Assembly (NCBI GenBank): GCA_964558645.1
Contig: CAZLEV010000004.1
Span: 181,569-245,568 of the forward strand
Direction of reading: 5' to 3'
Source of the DNA: an uncultured archaeon
Lineage (GTDB): Archaea > Asgardarchaeota > Thorarchaeia > Thorarchaeales > Thorarchaeaceae
DNA length: 64,000 nt
Shown: one piece after another, positions 19,886-29,355 of the stretch
Numbering within the stretch: position 1 is the stretch's first letter
How the letters are laid out: each line of letters begins with the position of its first letter
Made by a program: the position numbers and the translations under genes
Notes under the pieces: model-generated
Told to the model about the DNA's origin: nothing
The model's input: the letters and a program-made list of their open reading frames with translations, nothing else
Database searches by the model: none

Positions 19886-21094
19886 CTATATGTTCAGTCC
19901 TAGGCGAACAGCCTTGAGAGGGTGGCGTGTGAGGAGGCGTTTGGCAATTGACACTCGCATCTTCTTGTATGGTCGGGACCCTGTAACAAGATCCATCATC
20001 AGTTCTCTCAAGATTGCATCCTCTGCCGCCATCTCGAAAACAAGCTCAGATGTTCTCTCTGACTTGAAGAGTAAGTCGGCAATGAGATCTGCTGTTTGAA
20101 GCTCAGGCAGGAGTTTCCTCTGAAGCTGTATGTCGTACTCCTTGATGTGAAGCGGGGATTTCCGTTTAGCGGCCTCTTCGATGATGTCAGCTGCAATCTT
20201 GGCGGAATACATGGCGTAATAGATTCCCTCACCTGTTATCGGAGAGGCCAGCCCTGCAGCATCGCCCACCAACAAAGTTCTCCGCCCTGTAAATCGCGAA
20301 CCTGTTCTACCTACAGGTACCCGGAATGAAGCCTTTCTGATAAAGTCCAGATGGATACCTTTCTCTTTTCTGACCTTCTCAGTGAAGATTCCCCACTCAC
20401 TCCGAATGTCCCCCATGAGATCCATTCGGCATCCTATTCCAATGCTGAGTTCGTTGCGTTTGGGAAAGACCCACCCATAACCTCTATGTTGGATGCCGAA
20501 GTAGAGGTCCATGGCAGGTTCGCCAGCATCATCTCGAACTGCCATGATTCGCTCTACCTCCTCAGAATCCATCCGCACATCACCTGAGATGCAAAAGGCG
20601 ATCTTCTCGGGAGGCCATTCCCAGCGAATACCAATCTCTCGGGCAACGATGCCGTCGACCCCGTCTGCGCCCACCAAGAGCTTCCCTTTGAAGGAATCCC
20701 CCGGACATAACACTCTGACGCCGCCGCGCATCTTCTCAACTGCAACAGCACGCATATTCTCAGCCACGTCAACACCTGCATCACGTGCTTGTTCAACTAG
20801 AAACCTATCAAAATCGGCCCGTTTCACCATCTGGCCGACGAGGTCATCTCTGCGACACACAACTCTCCGACCCGAGGGCGAGTGGATGACGGCTGTGCGT
20901 AGCACACGATCCACAACGGGAGAAGCATCGAAGTCTATGAGATCCAGAACGCGGGGGCTCAATGCTCCGCCGCAGGGTTTGCTACGTGGATGAGTATGCT
21001 TCTCAAGCATCACGACGTCAAGTCCGACCTGTGCAAGACGCCGCGCGCAAGTTGCGCCTGCGGGTCCGCTGCCAACAACAATAACGTCATACAT
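19886..21094 (-). CDS. Geranylgeranyl reductase family FAD oxidoreductase
   Basis: YDVIVVGSGPAG, KPCGG, GYGWVFPK, LVGDAAG...PITGEGI. Confidence 0.92.
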   Translation of the reverse strand: MYDVIVVGSGPAGATCARRLAQVGLDVVMLEKHTHPRSKPCGGALSPRVLDLIDFDASPVVDRVLRTAVIHSPSGRRVVCRRDDLVGQMVKRADFDRFLVEQARDAGVDVAENMRAVAVEKMRGGVRVLCPGDSFKGKLLVGADGVDGIVAREIGIRWEWPPEKIAFCISGDVRMDSEEVERIMAVRDDAGEPAMDLYFGIQHRGYGWVFPKRNELSIGIGCRMDLMGDIRSEWGIFTEKVRKEKGIHLDFIRKASFRVPVGRTGSRFTGRRTLLVGDAAGLASPITGEGIYYAMYSAKIAADIIEEAAKRKSPLHIKEYDIQLQRKLLPELQTADLIADLLFKSERTSELVFEMAAEDAILRELMMDLVTGSRPYKKMRVSIAKRLLTRHPLKAVRLGLNI

Positions 21095-21169
21095 TGAGTC
21101 TCACCCAGTGATAGAAACTAATCACAATATCAATAAATCCTGCCATCTTAGGCTCGTACGGGTGCTATC

Positions 21170-22207
21170 ATGTCAGAAGAGGCCGAAGTATGTCTGATAA
21201 CCACAGGGGGCACCATAGCGAGTGTCTATGACCCCGAAACACAGGGGCTAAGGCCAAGACTCTCAGTCAATGCACTTCTTGAGAGTCTACCACGACGATC
21301 GGGCAGGGTGAAAGTGGTGAAGAGAGAATTACTTCAGCTCGATTCTGCCAATGCACAACCGCACCACTGGCAGGAGATTGCGGGTGCAATCAAGACTGTT
21401 CACGACGAGATGCCTGACATTGATGGCGTTGTCATCACTCATGGAACAGACACTATGGTGTATTCTGCGTCTGCCGTTAGCCTCATGATCCAAGACTTCG
21501 GTAAGCCGATAGTCTTCACCGGGTCTCAGATTCCAGCTGGAGTACCTTGGAGTGATGGTCCAAGGAACATGGTAGATGCATTTCGAGTCGCAGCTTTCGG
21601 GGACATTGGAGAAACATGTATTGTATTCAATGGTGAGATACATCGGCCAACGAGAACCAAGAAAGTAAGATCGAATGCATACGATGCCTTTGATTCCATG
21701 GACCCATCACCCCTTGGTGTGCTGGCACGGGACATTGTCTTATACGAAGGGCGAAAAAGACGCCATAACCTAGTGCCGAGGTTTGATACTCGAATCGATG
21801 AACGCGTGTTTCTACTCAAGGTCTTCCCAGGAATGCCTCCAAGTATTCTCTCCAAGATTGTTGATATGGGATATCGTGGAATCATAGTAGAAGGCTTTGG
21901 GTCAGGAAACATACCTACAATGGAAAACTCAGTTGTCGGCGCCATCAGACAGGCGGTCAATCAGGGCTGTTACGTCGTCATTTCATCCCAATGCGCTTTC
22001 GGACAGGCGGAACCATCAGTCTATGAGGTTGGAAGGGCTGCCATGGAGGCAGGAGCAATCAGCGCATATGATATGACCTCAGAGGCTGCAGTGGTCAAAT
22101 TGAGCTGGATTCTTGGTCACACTCATGATGAGGGCACAGTGAGGAAGATGATGGTCACTAGTCTCGTGGGAGAGATATCTCCAAGTCTCACCTCAGAGAG
22201 CAATTAG
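21170..22207 (+). CDS. ansA: L-asparaginase, type I
   Basis: TTGGTIAS, ITHGTDTM, TGSQ; lacks the GatD N-terminal domain. Confidence 0.88.
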   Translation: MSEEAEVCLITTGGTIASVYDPETQGLRPRLSVNALLESLPRRSGRVKVVKRELLQLDSANAQPHHWQEIAGAIKTVHDEMPDIDGVVITHGTDTMVYSASAVSLMIQDFGKPIVFTGSQIPAGVPWSDGPRNMVDAFRVAAFGDIGETCIVFNGEIHRPTRTKKVRSNAYDAFDSMDPSPLGVLARDIVLYEGRKRRHNLVPRFDTRIDERVFLLKVFPGMPPSILSKIVDMGYRGIIVEGFGSGNIPTMENSVVGAIRQAVNQGCYVVISSQCAFGQAEPSVYEVGRAAMEAGAISAYDMTSEAAVVKLSWILGHTHDEGTVRKMMVTSLVGEISPSLTSESN

Positions 22208-22280
22208 GATGACCAATGCTGTGTGTGAATCACCATCGTTCGTCCCTCCTTCCGCCCTAGACCTGAGTAAGAGCAAAACA

Positions 22281-22388
22281 TGGCGCCCGGAGTGAGATTC
22301 GAACTCACGCGTCCGTCAAGGACAGCAGCTGCCTGTCGGACCAGTGGCCACTTCCAGGCTGCCGCCGTAACCGCTTGGCTATCCGGGC
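22281..22388 (-). tRNA. tRNA-Ser(GGA) with a 21-nt intron at 37/38 (22331..22351) and encoded CCA
   Basis: Acceptor stem GCCCGGA/TCCGGGC, discriminator G, CCA; anticodon stem GCAGC/GCTGC with loop CT GGA A^A; long variable arm; T arm GTGAG TTCGAAT CTCAC. Confidence 0.92.
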
Positions 22389-22458
22389 TCGTTCCAAGAG
22401 GGACTGGTGGCTGCTTTTCATCTTTTCCATTCGGAGAGGATATCTATACTTGGAGAAA

Positions 22459-22857
22459 CTACATCCCTGCACACCGCCTATCTGGTCTGAAAAACCCAAG
22501 GATGATGTGCTCATCCGTCTCTCGAAATTTGTAGACAAGATATCGTTGCACCTTGTTATCGATCTCCAACTGCAGGTGTCCCGTTTCTATGAACTGCCAT
22601 AGGACCAATCGCGACTGTTTTCTAACCTGTTTGAATAGGCGAGGGGTGCTGTGTTCGTGAGAAGACAAGACTCCCCATCGTTCCCGGATGTACTGATTCG
22701 CCATGTCTTCGCTAGATATCAGGTTCCAATGGCCTCTTCTCTCAGAAGCCAGAATACGGTCCCTTAGTATCTTTCTTAGTCGCTTGCGAATACTCAGAGT
22801 TGAAGTACTAGGAGTCTTATTGTCCTTCGGCCGGTTGGTGTCGAGGTAGCGCGTCAT
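22459..22857 (-). CDS. Hypothetical basic protein, paralog of the neighbouring gene
   Basis: Shares LISS..AN..I..RW...LF..VR...KF....IIL.F with 23158..23574; ATG at 22857 with GGAG SD (track starts at 23136). Confidence 0.7.
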   Translation of the reverse strand: MTRYLDTNRPKDNKTPSTSTLSIRKRLRKILRDRILASERRGHWNLISSEDMANQYIRERWGVLSSHEHSTPRLFKQVRKQSRLVLWQFIETGHLQLEIDNKVQRYLVYKFRETDEHIILGFFRPDRRCAGM

Positions 22858-23157
22858 CACACAACTCCAGTTAGGCATTGGAACCGTTCCTTTTGAAGAC
22901 CACATGGTTCGTTTCCGGAGAAGAAGTCCTTGGAACATGTGTTCCAAACCACGGTGATTTCTTTTTGTTAGATAGCAAGAGATGGCTGATTTAAATCGCT
23001 CCAAGAGAGTGCAGGTCAGAGAAACAAGTAGCAGAATACGGCAACCATTCTCGATTCCGTCTGGATGCAAGGACAGCGTTGACTGATTATGCCAAAGATG
23101 TGAAGCGTTGATCAGAATCTGAAACCAATGAAACATGTCGAAGATTGAAACAGAAGT

Positions 23158-23574
23158 CTAACTGAAACCGTACTTGTACTCCTCTCCTTGAGGAATCTCC
23201 CTAAACGCCAGGATGATATTACCCCGCACATCGTCAAATTTGTGGATAAGAATCGTGTTGACGGTGTCTTCTCCCTCAATCTCTAGTCTTTCCTTGGCGA
23301 GGAGTACCTCAAACAGATGTCGTGTTCGTCGGCGTACAGCCGAGAAGAGGTTCTGGTATCGCTTTCGTTGCGATGGGCGAATATCCCAACGATTCATGAT
23401 GAAACGGTTCGCTAGCGCATTGCTGGAGATCAGAGTGGAGCGAGGTTCAGTCTGGGAAACAACTATGTTCTCTGCTAGCACTTCCTTTAGACAGTCAACA
23501 ATGCCTGCTAGTTGTGACGGCGTGGGAATGGGCTCTTTCTTCAGTGATTTGCGGAGGGTCTTGTAGTCTGACAG
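23158..23574 (-). CDS. Hypothetical basic protein, paralog of the neighbouring gene; possible CTG start
   Basis: Paralogy as above; frame is open upstream of the GTG at 23481 to a CTG at 23574 that has an AGGAG SD. Confidence 0.7.
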   Translation of the reverse strand: MSDYKTLRKSLKKEPIPTPSQLAGIVDCLKEVLAENIVVSQTEPRSTLISSNALANRFIMNRWDIRPSQRKRYQNLFSAVRRRTRHLFEVLLAKERLEIEGEDTVNTILIHKFDDVRGNIILAFREIPQGEEYKYGFS

Positions 23575-23710
23575 AATACTCTCTCCTACTACTTGTTCTG
23601 TAGCAACCTAAAAAAGGCCTCTCACCATGGAGGTTGCTTGATGACAATCATTATAAGGTGTCTCAAAAAAGCCAGCAAGCCTCAAGCCAGTCTGAATGAG
23701 GTAATATACC

Positions 23711-24193
23711 ATGTCCGAGCAAGAGTACAACCACATAGTTAGAGTCGCCGGACGCGACATAGACGGCCAAGAGAATCTGATTCAGGGTCTCTCCCGAATA
23801 AAGGGAGTGGGTCTTAGGATGTCCAAGACCGTTGTCAGCCAATTGGGTCTAGACCCAAGGTCAAGGCTTGGATACCTTAATGATAAGACGATTGAGAAGA
23901 TAGAAGATATGCTCGGCAATCCGGTGGAAAGCGGTTTCCCATCCTGGCAGCTGAATCGTCAGCGTGATCGGCGAAGCGGAAGAATGATACATCTGACTGG
24001 CGCAGATCTAGAATTCACTCACCAGAATGATATTGAGAGGCTTAAACGCATTCGGGCATGGCGCGGAATACGACACTCATTGGGCCTGAAGGTCAGAGGA
24101 CAGCATACAAGAACCACAGGCCGCTCAGGAATGTCAGTGGGTGTATCCAGAAAGAAACTGGTTCAGAAGGCCAGAGCTGAGAGGGAGGAGTAG
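23711..24193 (+). CDS. rps13: 30S ribosomal protein uS13
   Basis: IKGVG, WRGIRHSLGLKVRGQHTRTTGR. Confidence 0.98.
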   Translation: MSEQEYNHIVRVAGRDIDGQENLIQGLSRIKGVGLRMSKTVVSQLGLDPRSRLGYLNDKTIEKIEDMLGNPVESGFPSWQLNRQRDRRSGRMIHLTGADLEFTHQNDIERLKRIRAWRGIRHSLGLKVRGQHTRTTGRSGMSVGVSRKKLVQKARAEREE

Positions 24194-24196
24194 TCT

Positions 24197-24760
24197 ATGG
24201 GCGATCCACGTCGACAGAAAAAGAAGTATATGACTCCAAAGCGTCCCTTCGAGACCGAGAGATTTGAGCAGGAACTCAAGCTCATAGGAACCTACGGTCT
24301 CAGAAACAAGAGAGAGCTTTGGAAGCATAGAACCGAATTGTCAAACTTCAGACGGCAGGCACGTAATCTGCTGGCAATTCCTCCAGAAGAGCGATCTCTC
24401 GAGGAGAAAGAGCTTATTGCTAAGCTTGCACGCTTGGGTATTCTGGAACAGAATGCAACGCTTGATGACGTTCTTGATCTCGAACTGCCAGAATTGCTCG
24501 AACGGAGGTTCCAGAGCGTCGTTTTCCGAAAAGGTCTTGCAAGCTCAGTATATCATGCGCGACAACTCGTTACCCATGGTCATATAGCCCTTGACCGCGC
24601 TAAGGTCTATACACCGAGTCGAATTATAACCGTTGGAGAGGAGGACAGGATTGATTATCATCACAAGTCACCTCTAAACGACGAAACTCATCCGGCCCGC
24701 ATAGCTGCTTCCGATGCCGCACAGCGGATGATTGGGGAGGAGGAGGTTCAAGAGCAATGA
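24197..24760 (+). CDS. rps4: 30S ribosomal protein uS4
   Basis: [31 protein letters not shown]. Confidence 0.98.
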   Translation: MGDPRRQKKKYMTPKRPFETERFEQELKLIGTYGLRNKRELWKHRTELSNFRRQARNLLAIPPEERSLEEKELIAKLARLGILEQNATLDDVLDLELPELLERRFQSVVFRKGLASSVYHARQLVTHGHIALDRAKVYTPSRIITVGEEDRIDYHHKSPLNDETHPARIAASDAAQRMIGEEEVQEQ

Positions 24761-25155
24761 GTCACGACGAGAGAGACAAATGGGCCGTTGCACATGTCTA
24801 TGCTAGCTACAATGACACCATAGTTCATATCACAGATGTGACCGGAGCAGAAACCATCGCGCGATACTCCGGGGGTATGATGGTCAAGGCTGACAGAAAT
24901 GAGTCCTCCCCCCACGCGGCGATGCAAGCGGCTTTTCAGGCTGCACGAGAGGCCAAGGATAAAGGGGTCTATGGAATTCACATTCGAGTGCGAGCACCTG
25001 GAGGACATGGCCCAAAAACACCAGGACCGGGGGCTCAAGCAGCAATACGAGCTCTAAGTCGAGCAGGATTGAGGATTGGGATTATCGACGAGGTCACCCC
25101 CATACCGCATGACGGCACGAGAAAGCCCGGCGGACGACGTGGTCGAAGAGTCTAG
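24757..25155 (+). CDS. rps11: 30S ribosomal protein uS11
   Basis: [28 protein letters not shown]...GGRRGRRV. Confidence 0.98.
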   Translation: MSHDERDKWAVAHVYASYNDTIVHITDVTGAETIARYSGGMMVKADRNESSPHAAMQAAFQAAREAKDKGVYGIHIRVRAPGGHGPKTPGPGAQAAIRALSRAGLRIGIIDEVTPIPHDGTRKPGGRRGRRV

Positions 25156-25192
25156 TTGCCGGCTTGAGCATTAGGTCTAGTCCATATCGCAA

Positions 25193-26533
25193 TCATGGGA
25201 CATGCCACTGTTTGATCAGTTTAGATGGTCTACCGATGTCAGTCCTCGGCTGACGGCCGAGAGGCCTTGTTAGATGTCTTTGCGCGCATGCAGGAGGTAG
25301 ATAGAGACCTGTGTTGATTTCCCGAGGAAGAATGCTCTTCACCCGCTTGGCATCTGGGGCACGCAAGCCACAGTTTGAGCATTTGTATCCCTTCTTTCTC
25401 CCAGCACTCTTCATCCGTTTTCCGCAATCGGGACAGGTTGGATTCGCCTCTTCAACATGCTCTGCGAGTTGTACAATCATCATTCCCTCCACATTCAGTG
25501 TCAGTTCGTGTTGTCGAGATGCCGGCCTCACACCGGCGTGCAACTCGACCAGATCGCCCGGGATGAGTTTCTGCACAATCTCTCGAAACTCTCTAGTAGG
25601 CTCATAGGCCGCACAATCAACCGAACCGGATTCGTCCTCTATCTCGAAGATAACGTGTCCGCCTACTATCATTCGCGGATCCTTCGAGACTTTGCCGCGC
25701 ACCCTAGCCGAAAGGTACGGCCGCAATTTGTTAATCTTTAGGAGATTCGATAGGTGAGCGTCTGTTCCCTGATTCGTCCGAAATATGGTCCATCTCTCAA
25801 CAGCCTGCTCTGAATCTATCATAGATGCTGCTTCCTTCACATCTTCAGCTTCGTTTCCACGGATACCGAACAATACTGGATCTGGCCCATTTGGCTGTAT
25901 GAGAATCTGTCCAGTTCCTTCATCTACATTGGCAAAGGTCTTGTCGCCCATCTTTCTATTCATCTCTGCAACCGAAACAGGATCGACTCCGCGCTCTTCA
26001 TCATTCAGTTCAGTGCTCCGGTAGGCGATATACTCATACGTGTAATCATCGTCTAGGACGTTGCCGATGGCAGACACTGCGCCAATGAGACCTCTCCCGT
26101 TTCCGGACGCGATATGGGGAATATCATTCTCTATGAGCATCGTGCGTACATTTCCCAGTGGTTGGACACGCCACAACGCCTTCTCGCCGAACTCACGTAT
26201 CTCTTCCGTGGGTCTTCCAAGGACCAAGACCACTCCAGGATTTGTATTGCGATAGCCGCGCTCTACATAGGAGGGAAATATCTCCCGTACAATCTCAAGC
26301 ACATTTTTCGCGTATTCCTCATCGCTCTTGAATCTCAGTGCGACAGCACCGTTACCGCGAGTTCTATACGGAACGTTAGGATTCAAGCGTATGAGATTCG
26401 GGTAATCAAGCCATTTGACACCGTCTGCGGAAAGCTTCTCGACAAGCAGGCTGGCAAAGTGGGTCGTACATCCTCCTCGTGGGCTATCTATGTCATCAAG
26501 TCCGAGATGCGCTTCAATGGCCATTCTTCTCAC
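25193..26533 (-). CDS. tiaS: tRNA(Ile2) 2-agmatinylcytidine synthetase
   Basis: GLDDIDSPRGGCTT, LIRLNPNVPYRTRGNGA, GRGLIGA, PDPVLFGIRG, TNQGTD, Zn ribbon, RHLTRP. Confidence 0.96.
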   Translation of the reverse strand: MRRMAIEAHLGLDDIDSPRGGCTTHFASLLVEKLSADGVKWLDYPNLIRLNPNVPYRTRGNGAVALRFKSDEEYAKNVLEIVREIFPSYVERGYRNTNPGVVLVLGRPTEEIREFGEKALWRVQPLGNVRTMLIENDIPHIASGNGRGLIGAVSAIGNVLDDDYTYEYIAYRSTELNDEERGVDPVSVAEMNRKMGDKTFANVDEGTGQILIQPNGPDPVLFGIRGNEAEDVKEAASMIDSEQAVERWTIFRTNQGTDAHLSNLLKINKLRPYLSARVRGKVSKDPRMIVGGHVIFEIEDESGSVDCAAYEPTREFREIVQKLIPGDLVELHAGVRPASRQHELTLNVEGMMIVQLAEHVEEANPTCPDCGKRMKSAGRKKGYKCSNCGLRAPDAKRVKSILPREINTGLYLPPACAQRHLTRPLGRQPRTDIGRPSKLIKQWHVP

Positions 26534-26626
26534 GCAAGATGAGTAGAAGAGAAGGTGGTAATAATACCATTGTTGTACGAGGTAGACGGCAATCAGAGAG
26601 AAAGAATGACTGCCAACCCGATATCA

Positions 26627-26905
26627 TCAGGGTTTAGCCTGTTGTTTCAAGCATACTTCACATACAGTAGCTGCATCAACCCGTTCACCGTGATCCTCGC
26701 ATACGAGTTGACCACATGTGTCACAGGCACGAGATGAGTGGTATTCCTCGCATATACGGCATCGCGTTTCCATACAGATAATGCATATCATATCGCCCGA
26801 AATCCAGCACTGGCTGCAAACGGGTGCCCTGCACATGTGGCAGAGATTCAGCTCATCCACTGGTTCGCCACATATCTCGCACGCATCTTCTGGGTCGCCA
26901 GCCAT
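26627..26905 (-). CDS. Small Cys-rich zinc-finger protein (eight CxxC/H pairs)
   Basis: CEIC-CHMC-CSQC-CIIC and CRIC-CDTC-CEDH-CEVC; start MAGDP at 26905. Confidence 0.75.
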   Translation of the reverse strand: MAGDPEDACEICGEPVDELNLCHMCRAPVCSQCWISGDMICIICMETRCRICEEYHSSRACDTCGQLVCEDHGERVDAATVCEVCLKQQAKP

Positions 26906-26966
26906 ATCGAGCACAACCAATCGGGGAAAAAGGGAATGTTGAAATCTCTTCCGAAAGCTCAATGAG

Positions 26967-27500
26967 ATGTATATGGCGAAAGCACAGAGAATCCGGGTAA
27001 TCATCTATCATGCTGAACAGTGTGATCCCAAGAAATGCACAGGGCTGCGGCTTGCTCGGATGGGTAAGGCCGAAATCGTACATTCCACTGGGAAGATCCC
27101 CTACAAGGGTGTTGTCTTGAATCCGGTATCGGAGAGAGCTCTCTCAAGAGAAGACTCTGTTGATGCGGTCAAATCGGGAGTTGTCGCACTGGACTGCTCG
27201 TGGAAAAGGGCTGAAAAGGTATTTGCCCAAGTGTGGAGCACACGACAAAGGGCTCTACCGTATCTCGTTGCAGCCAACCCAGTCAATACATACAAGCCAA
27301 TCAAACTATCAACTGCCGAGGCTTTGGCTGCGGCCCTCTATATCATGGGCTTCAAGAAGCAAGCAGAGGAACTCATGTCGGTCTTTAAGTGGGGACCGAC
27401 ATTCCTCACTCTGAACAAAGAACCTCTTCAAGCCTATTCGGAGTGTGAAGATAGCACTCAAGTGGTTCAGGTCCAGAAGGAGTTCATGAACGATTTCTGA
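26967..27500 (+). CDS. tsr3: SSU rRNA aminocarboxypropyltransferase Tsr3
   Basis: QCDPKKCTG, LDCSW, RALPYLVAANPVN, LSTAEALAAALYI, FKWG. Confidence 0.96.
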   Translation: MYMAKAQRIRVIIYHAEQCDPKKCTGLRLARMGKAEIVHSTGKIPYKGVVLNPVSERALSREDSVDAVKSGVVALDCSWKRAEKVFAQVWSTRQRALPYLVAANPVNTYKPIKLSTAEALAAALYIMGFKKQAEELMSVFKWGPTFLTLNKEPLQAYSECEDSTQVVQVQKEFMNDF

Positions 27501-27507
27501 AAGGGGA

Positions 27508-27860
27508 TTGGCCCTGGTCCGAAGAATAGCCCCAATTCTGTTCCGTTCAGGCATGTTGCCACGCGAGAACCTTGCAACATCAGACTAAGCCTCCTACCCT
27601 ACACCTCGGGTCGGCACGTCAACGATGTATTCTTGGAGTTGCTACACGGTGATGGGTCGTTTCAACCGGACCAAGACACTTCTCAGCGGATTCATCTTCC
27701 GCATCATTGTCATCTGTGGCTTGGAGGTGTCGTTTCTGTTCCCAGAGCGAGGCTCTCACCTCCCTGCTTGCACAGGACCGGCACCGACTGTAGTTGGGAG
27801 CTTCCTCAGCTCTCATCAGAGTGATGAGTACCGTCAGTTGCGCTTTCGCTCCAGGGCCAA
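27508..27860 (-). ncRNA. rnpB: RNase P RNA (archaeal type A-like)
   Basis: Perfect P1 TTGGCCCTGG/CCAGGGCCAA; CR-I GAGGAAGCUCC pairs with CR-V AACAGAAUUGGGGCUA; CR-II ACAGAAACG; CR-III UGAAACG; P8 and P9 hairpins; L15 GGU. Confidence 0.93.
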
Positions 27861-27913
27861 GTGTTATTTCCCCTACTAGTAAATCAATATTCGCTTTAGT
27901 ACATGAGAGAGGA

Positions 27914-28915
27914 TTACTCTTTGGACTGCCACATTCTCGGGTATCGCCCTCGTTCCATCAAGACTCTGTCAGTCACAGCTACAATGCCGCTCTTAGATTT
28001 TGTAATGAGGTCGCTATTCATCTTGGCAGTAGAGATGCAGACAACCTCCCCCTTGAGCGTCCTGATGGCGACCAAGTCATCGGGCTGGATACCTGTACTA
28101 AGGCGCAGGACTCCATTGGCAGCCAAATCTGCACCGTGGCAGAGAGCGTCCACGGCGCTGTCCCTGATCACTATTTCAGGCAGATGAGCTACAGCGCTCT
28201 CCACGGGAAGAACGACCTTCCGAATCTCCCCCTCGTCACCGTCCTCTTTCCAGAAGTGATATGCATCGGTGAGGTCGTGAAGCGTGCACAGACGCTCATC
28301 CTCACTGAATTTCCCAACGCGAGTCCTTCTGAGCTCGCGCATATGCCCACCGCTCCCCAACGCCTCGCCAATGTCGAAACATAGTTTTCGGATGTAGGTC
28401 CCGGCTTGACATCCTACCCGAAATAGTACAAGCCGTCCCTTGATCTCCAGGATCTCGTTGTAGTAAACCTCTCTCACTCGCAGAATTCTCTTCACAGACG
28501 ACCTGAGAGGAGGCTTCTGATACAGCTTCCCCGTGAACTCCTCTATCACGCCTCGAATATCTTCTTCAGGAGTCTTCTTATGAAGTTCAAGGACACACAC
28601 ATATTCCTTTCCTGCAGGGAGTAGAGCCTGCATTGCCTTTGTCGCATCGCCTATGCCAACAGGAAGGATTCCCGTCACTGCAGGGTCGAGGGTTCCTGAA
28701 TGGCCGGTCTTGTCCACATCCAGAATCCGTCCGACCCATGTGGCAATCTCATGACTGGTAGGTCCGGATGGTTTGTCTAGATTTATGACGCCGTTCTGCA
28801 ATAATTGCTCAACAGGAATATCCCTAGGTGCATTGAATCCGTACTCCGTATTTGTGGTATCCTCAGCCCGTATGATGACTTCTCTCTCTTTGTCAGCGGG
28901 GAGTAGATTCGGCAT
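27914..28915 (-). CDS. cbf5: H/ACA pseudouridine synthase Cbf5
   Basis: NLDKPSGPTSHE, GHSGTLDP, GTYIRKLC, PUA domain, YPRMW. Confidence 0.97.
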   Translation of the reverse strand: MPNLLPADKEREVIIRAEDTTNTEYGFNAPRDIPVEQLLQNGVINLDKPSGPTSHEIATWVGRILDVDKTGHSGTLDPAVTGILPVGIGDATKAMQALLPAGKEYVCVLELHKKTPEEDIRGVIEEFTGKLYQKPPLRSSVKRILRVREVYYNEILEIKGRLVLFRVGCQAGTYIRKLCFDIGEALGSGGHMRELRRTRVGKFSEDERLCTLHDLTDAYHFWKEDGDEGEIRKVVLPVESAVAHLPEIVIRDSAVDALCHGADLAANGVLRLSTGIQPDDLVAIRTLKGEVVCISTAKMNSDLITKSKSGIVAVTDRVLMERGRYPRMWQSKE

Positions 28916-28947
28916 GATAGGAACACACTGCCTAGAAAGGGATAAGG

Positions 28948-29229
28948 CTACTCCTCAATCCTAATTCTCATTCGGAACTGCTCAACAAGGTCAGCCTCTT
29001 CTAAAGCATTTAGAATCTCGTCGTCTTTGGCCCCTGCAGATATCTCCAACATCTGGTCAATCGGTTCTAGATGCCGAGTATTGCATCTGCGACGGCGAAC
29101 ACCATTGATACGCTTCGGGCCAGTGATAGTTACGTATCTGTCATCCTCTTTTTCAACAACGACGCAGAAGCTACCTGCTTCTCGTCCCATAGTCTTAACG
29201 CAAATTCTACCTGGTTCAAATAGATTCAT
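28948..29229 (-). CDS. rpl14e: 50S ribosomal protein eL14
   Basis: GRICVKTMGREAG, GVRRRRCNTRHLEP; start MNLFE at 29229. Confidence 0.95.
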   Translation of the reverse strand: MNLFEPGRICVKTMGREAGSFCVVVEKEDDRYVTITGPKRINGVRRRRCNTRHLEPIDQMLEISAGAKDDEILNALEEADLVEQFRMRIRIEE

Positions 29230-29355
29230 AATCTTACACCTCAACCTGTCCCGGTCAACCGAATCATTCTGAGTCACCTCGAATGTTCATCCCGGGGGAC
29301 TGGGAGAACAAGCTTCGCACTCGCATTCTCAATAAGAGCCTTACGCTAGATACTG

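Noticed and set aside
22280-22534. 84-aa ORF and the other short ORFs here
   Set aside because: They overlap the tRNA-Ser gene; shadow ORFs.
22281-23574. Integrated element at tRNA-Ser
   Set aside because: No integrase or duplicated tRNA 3' end seen; the unknown genes lie on the 5' side of the tRNA.
27619-27879. Short ORFs between tsr3 and cbf5
   Set aside because: The region is explained by the RNase P RNA.
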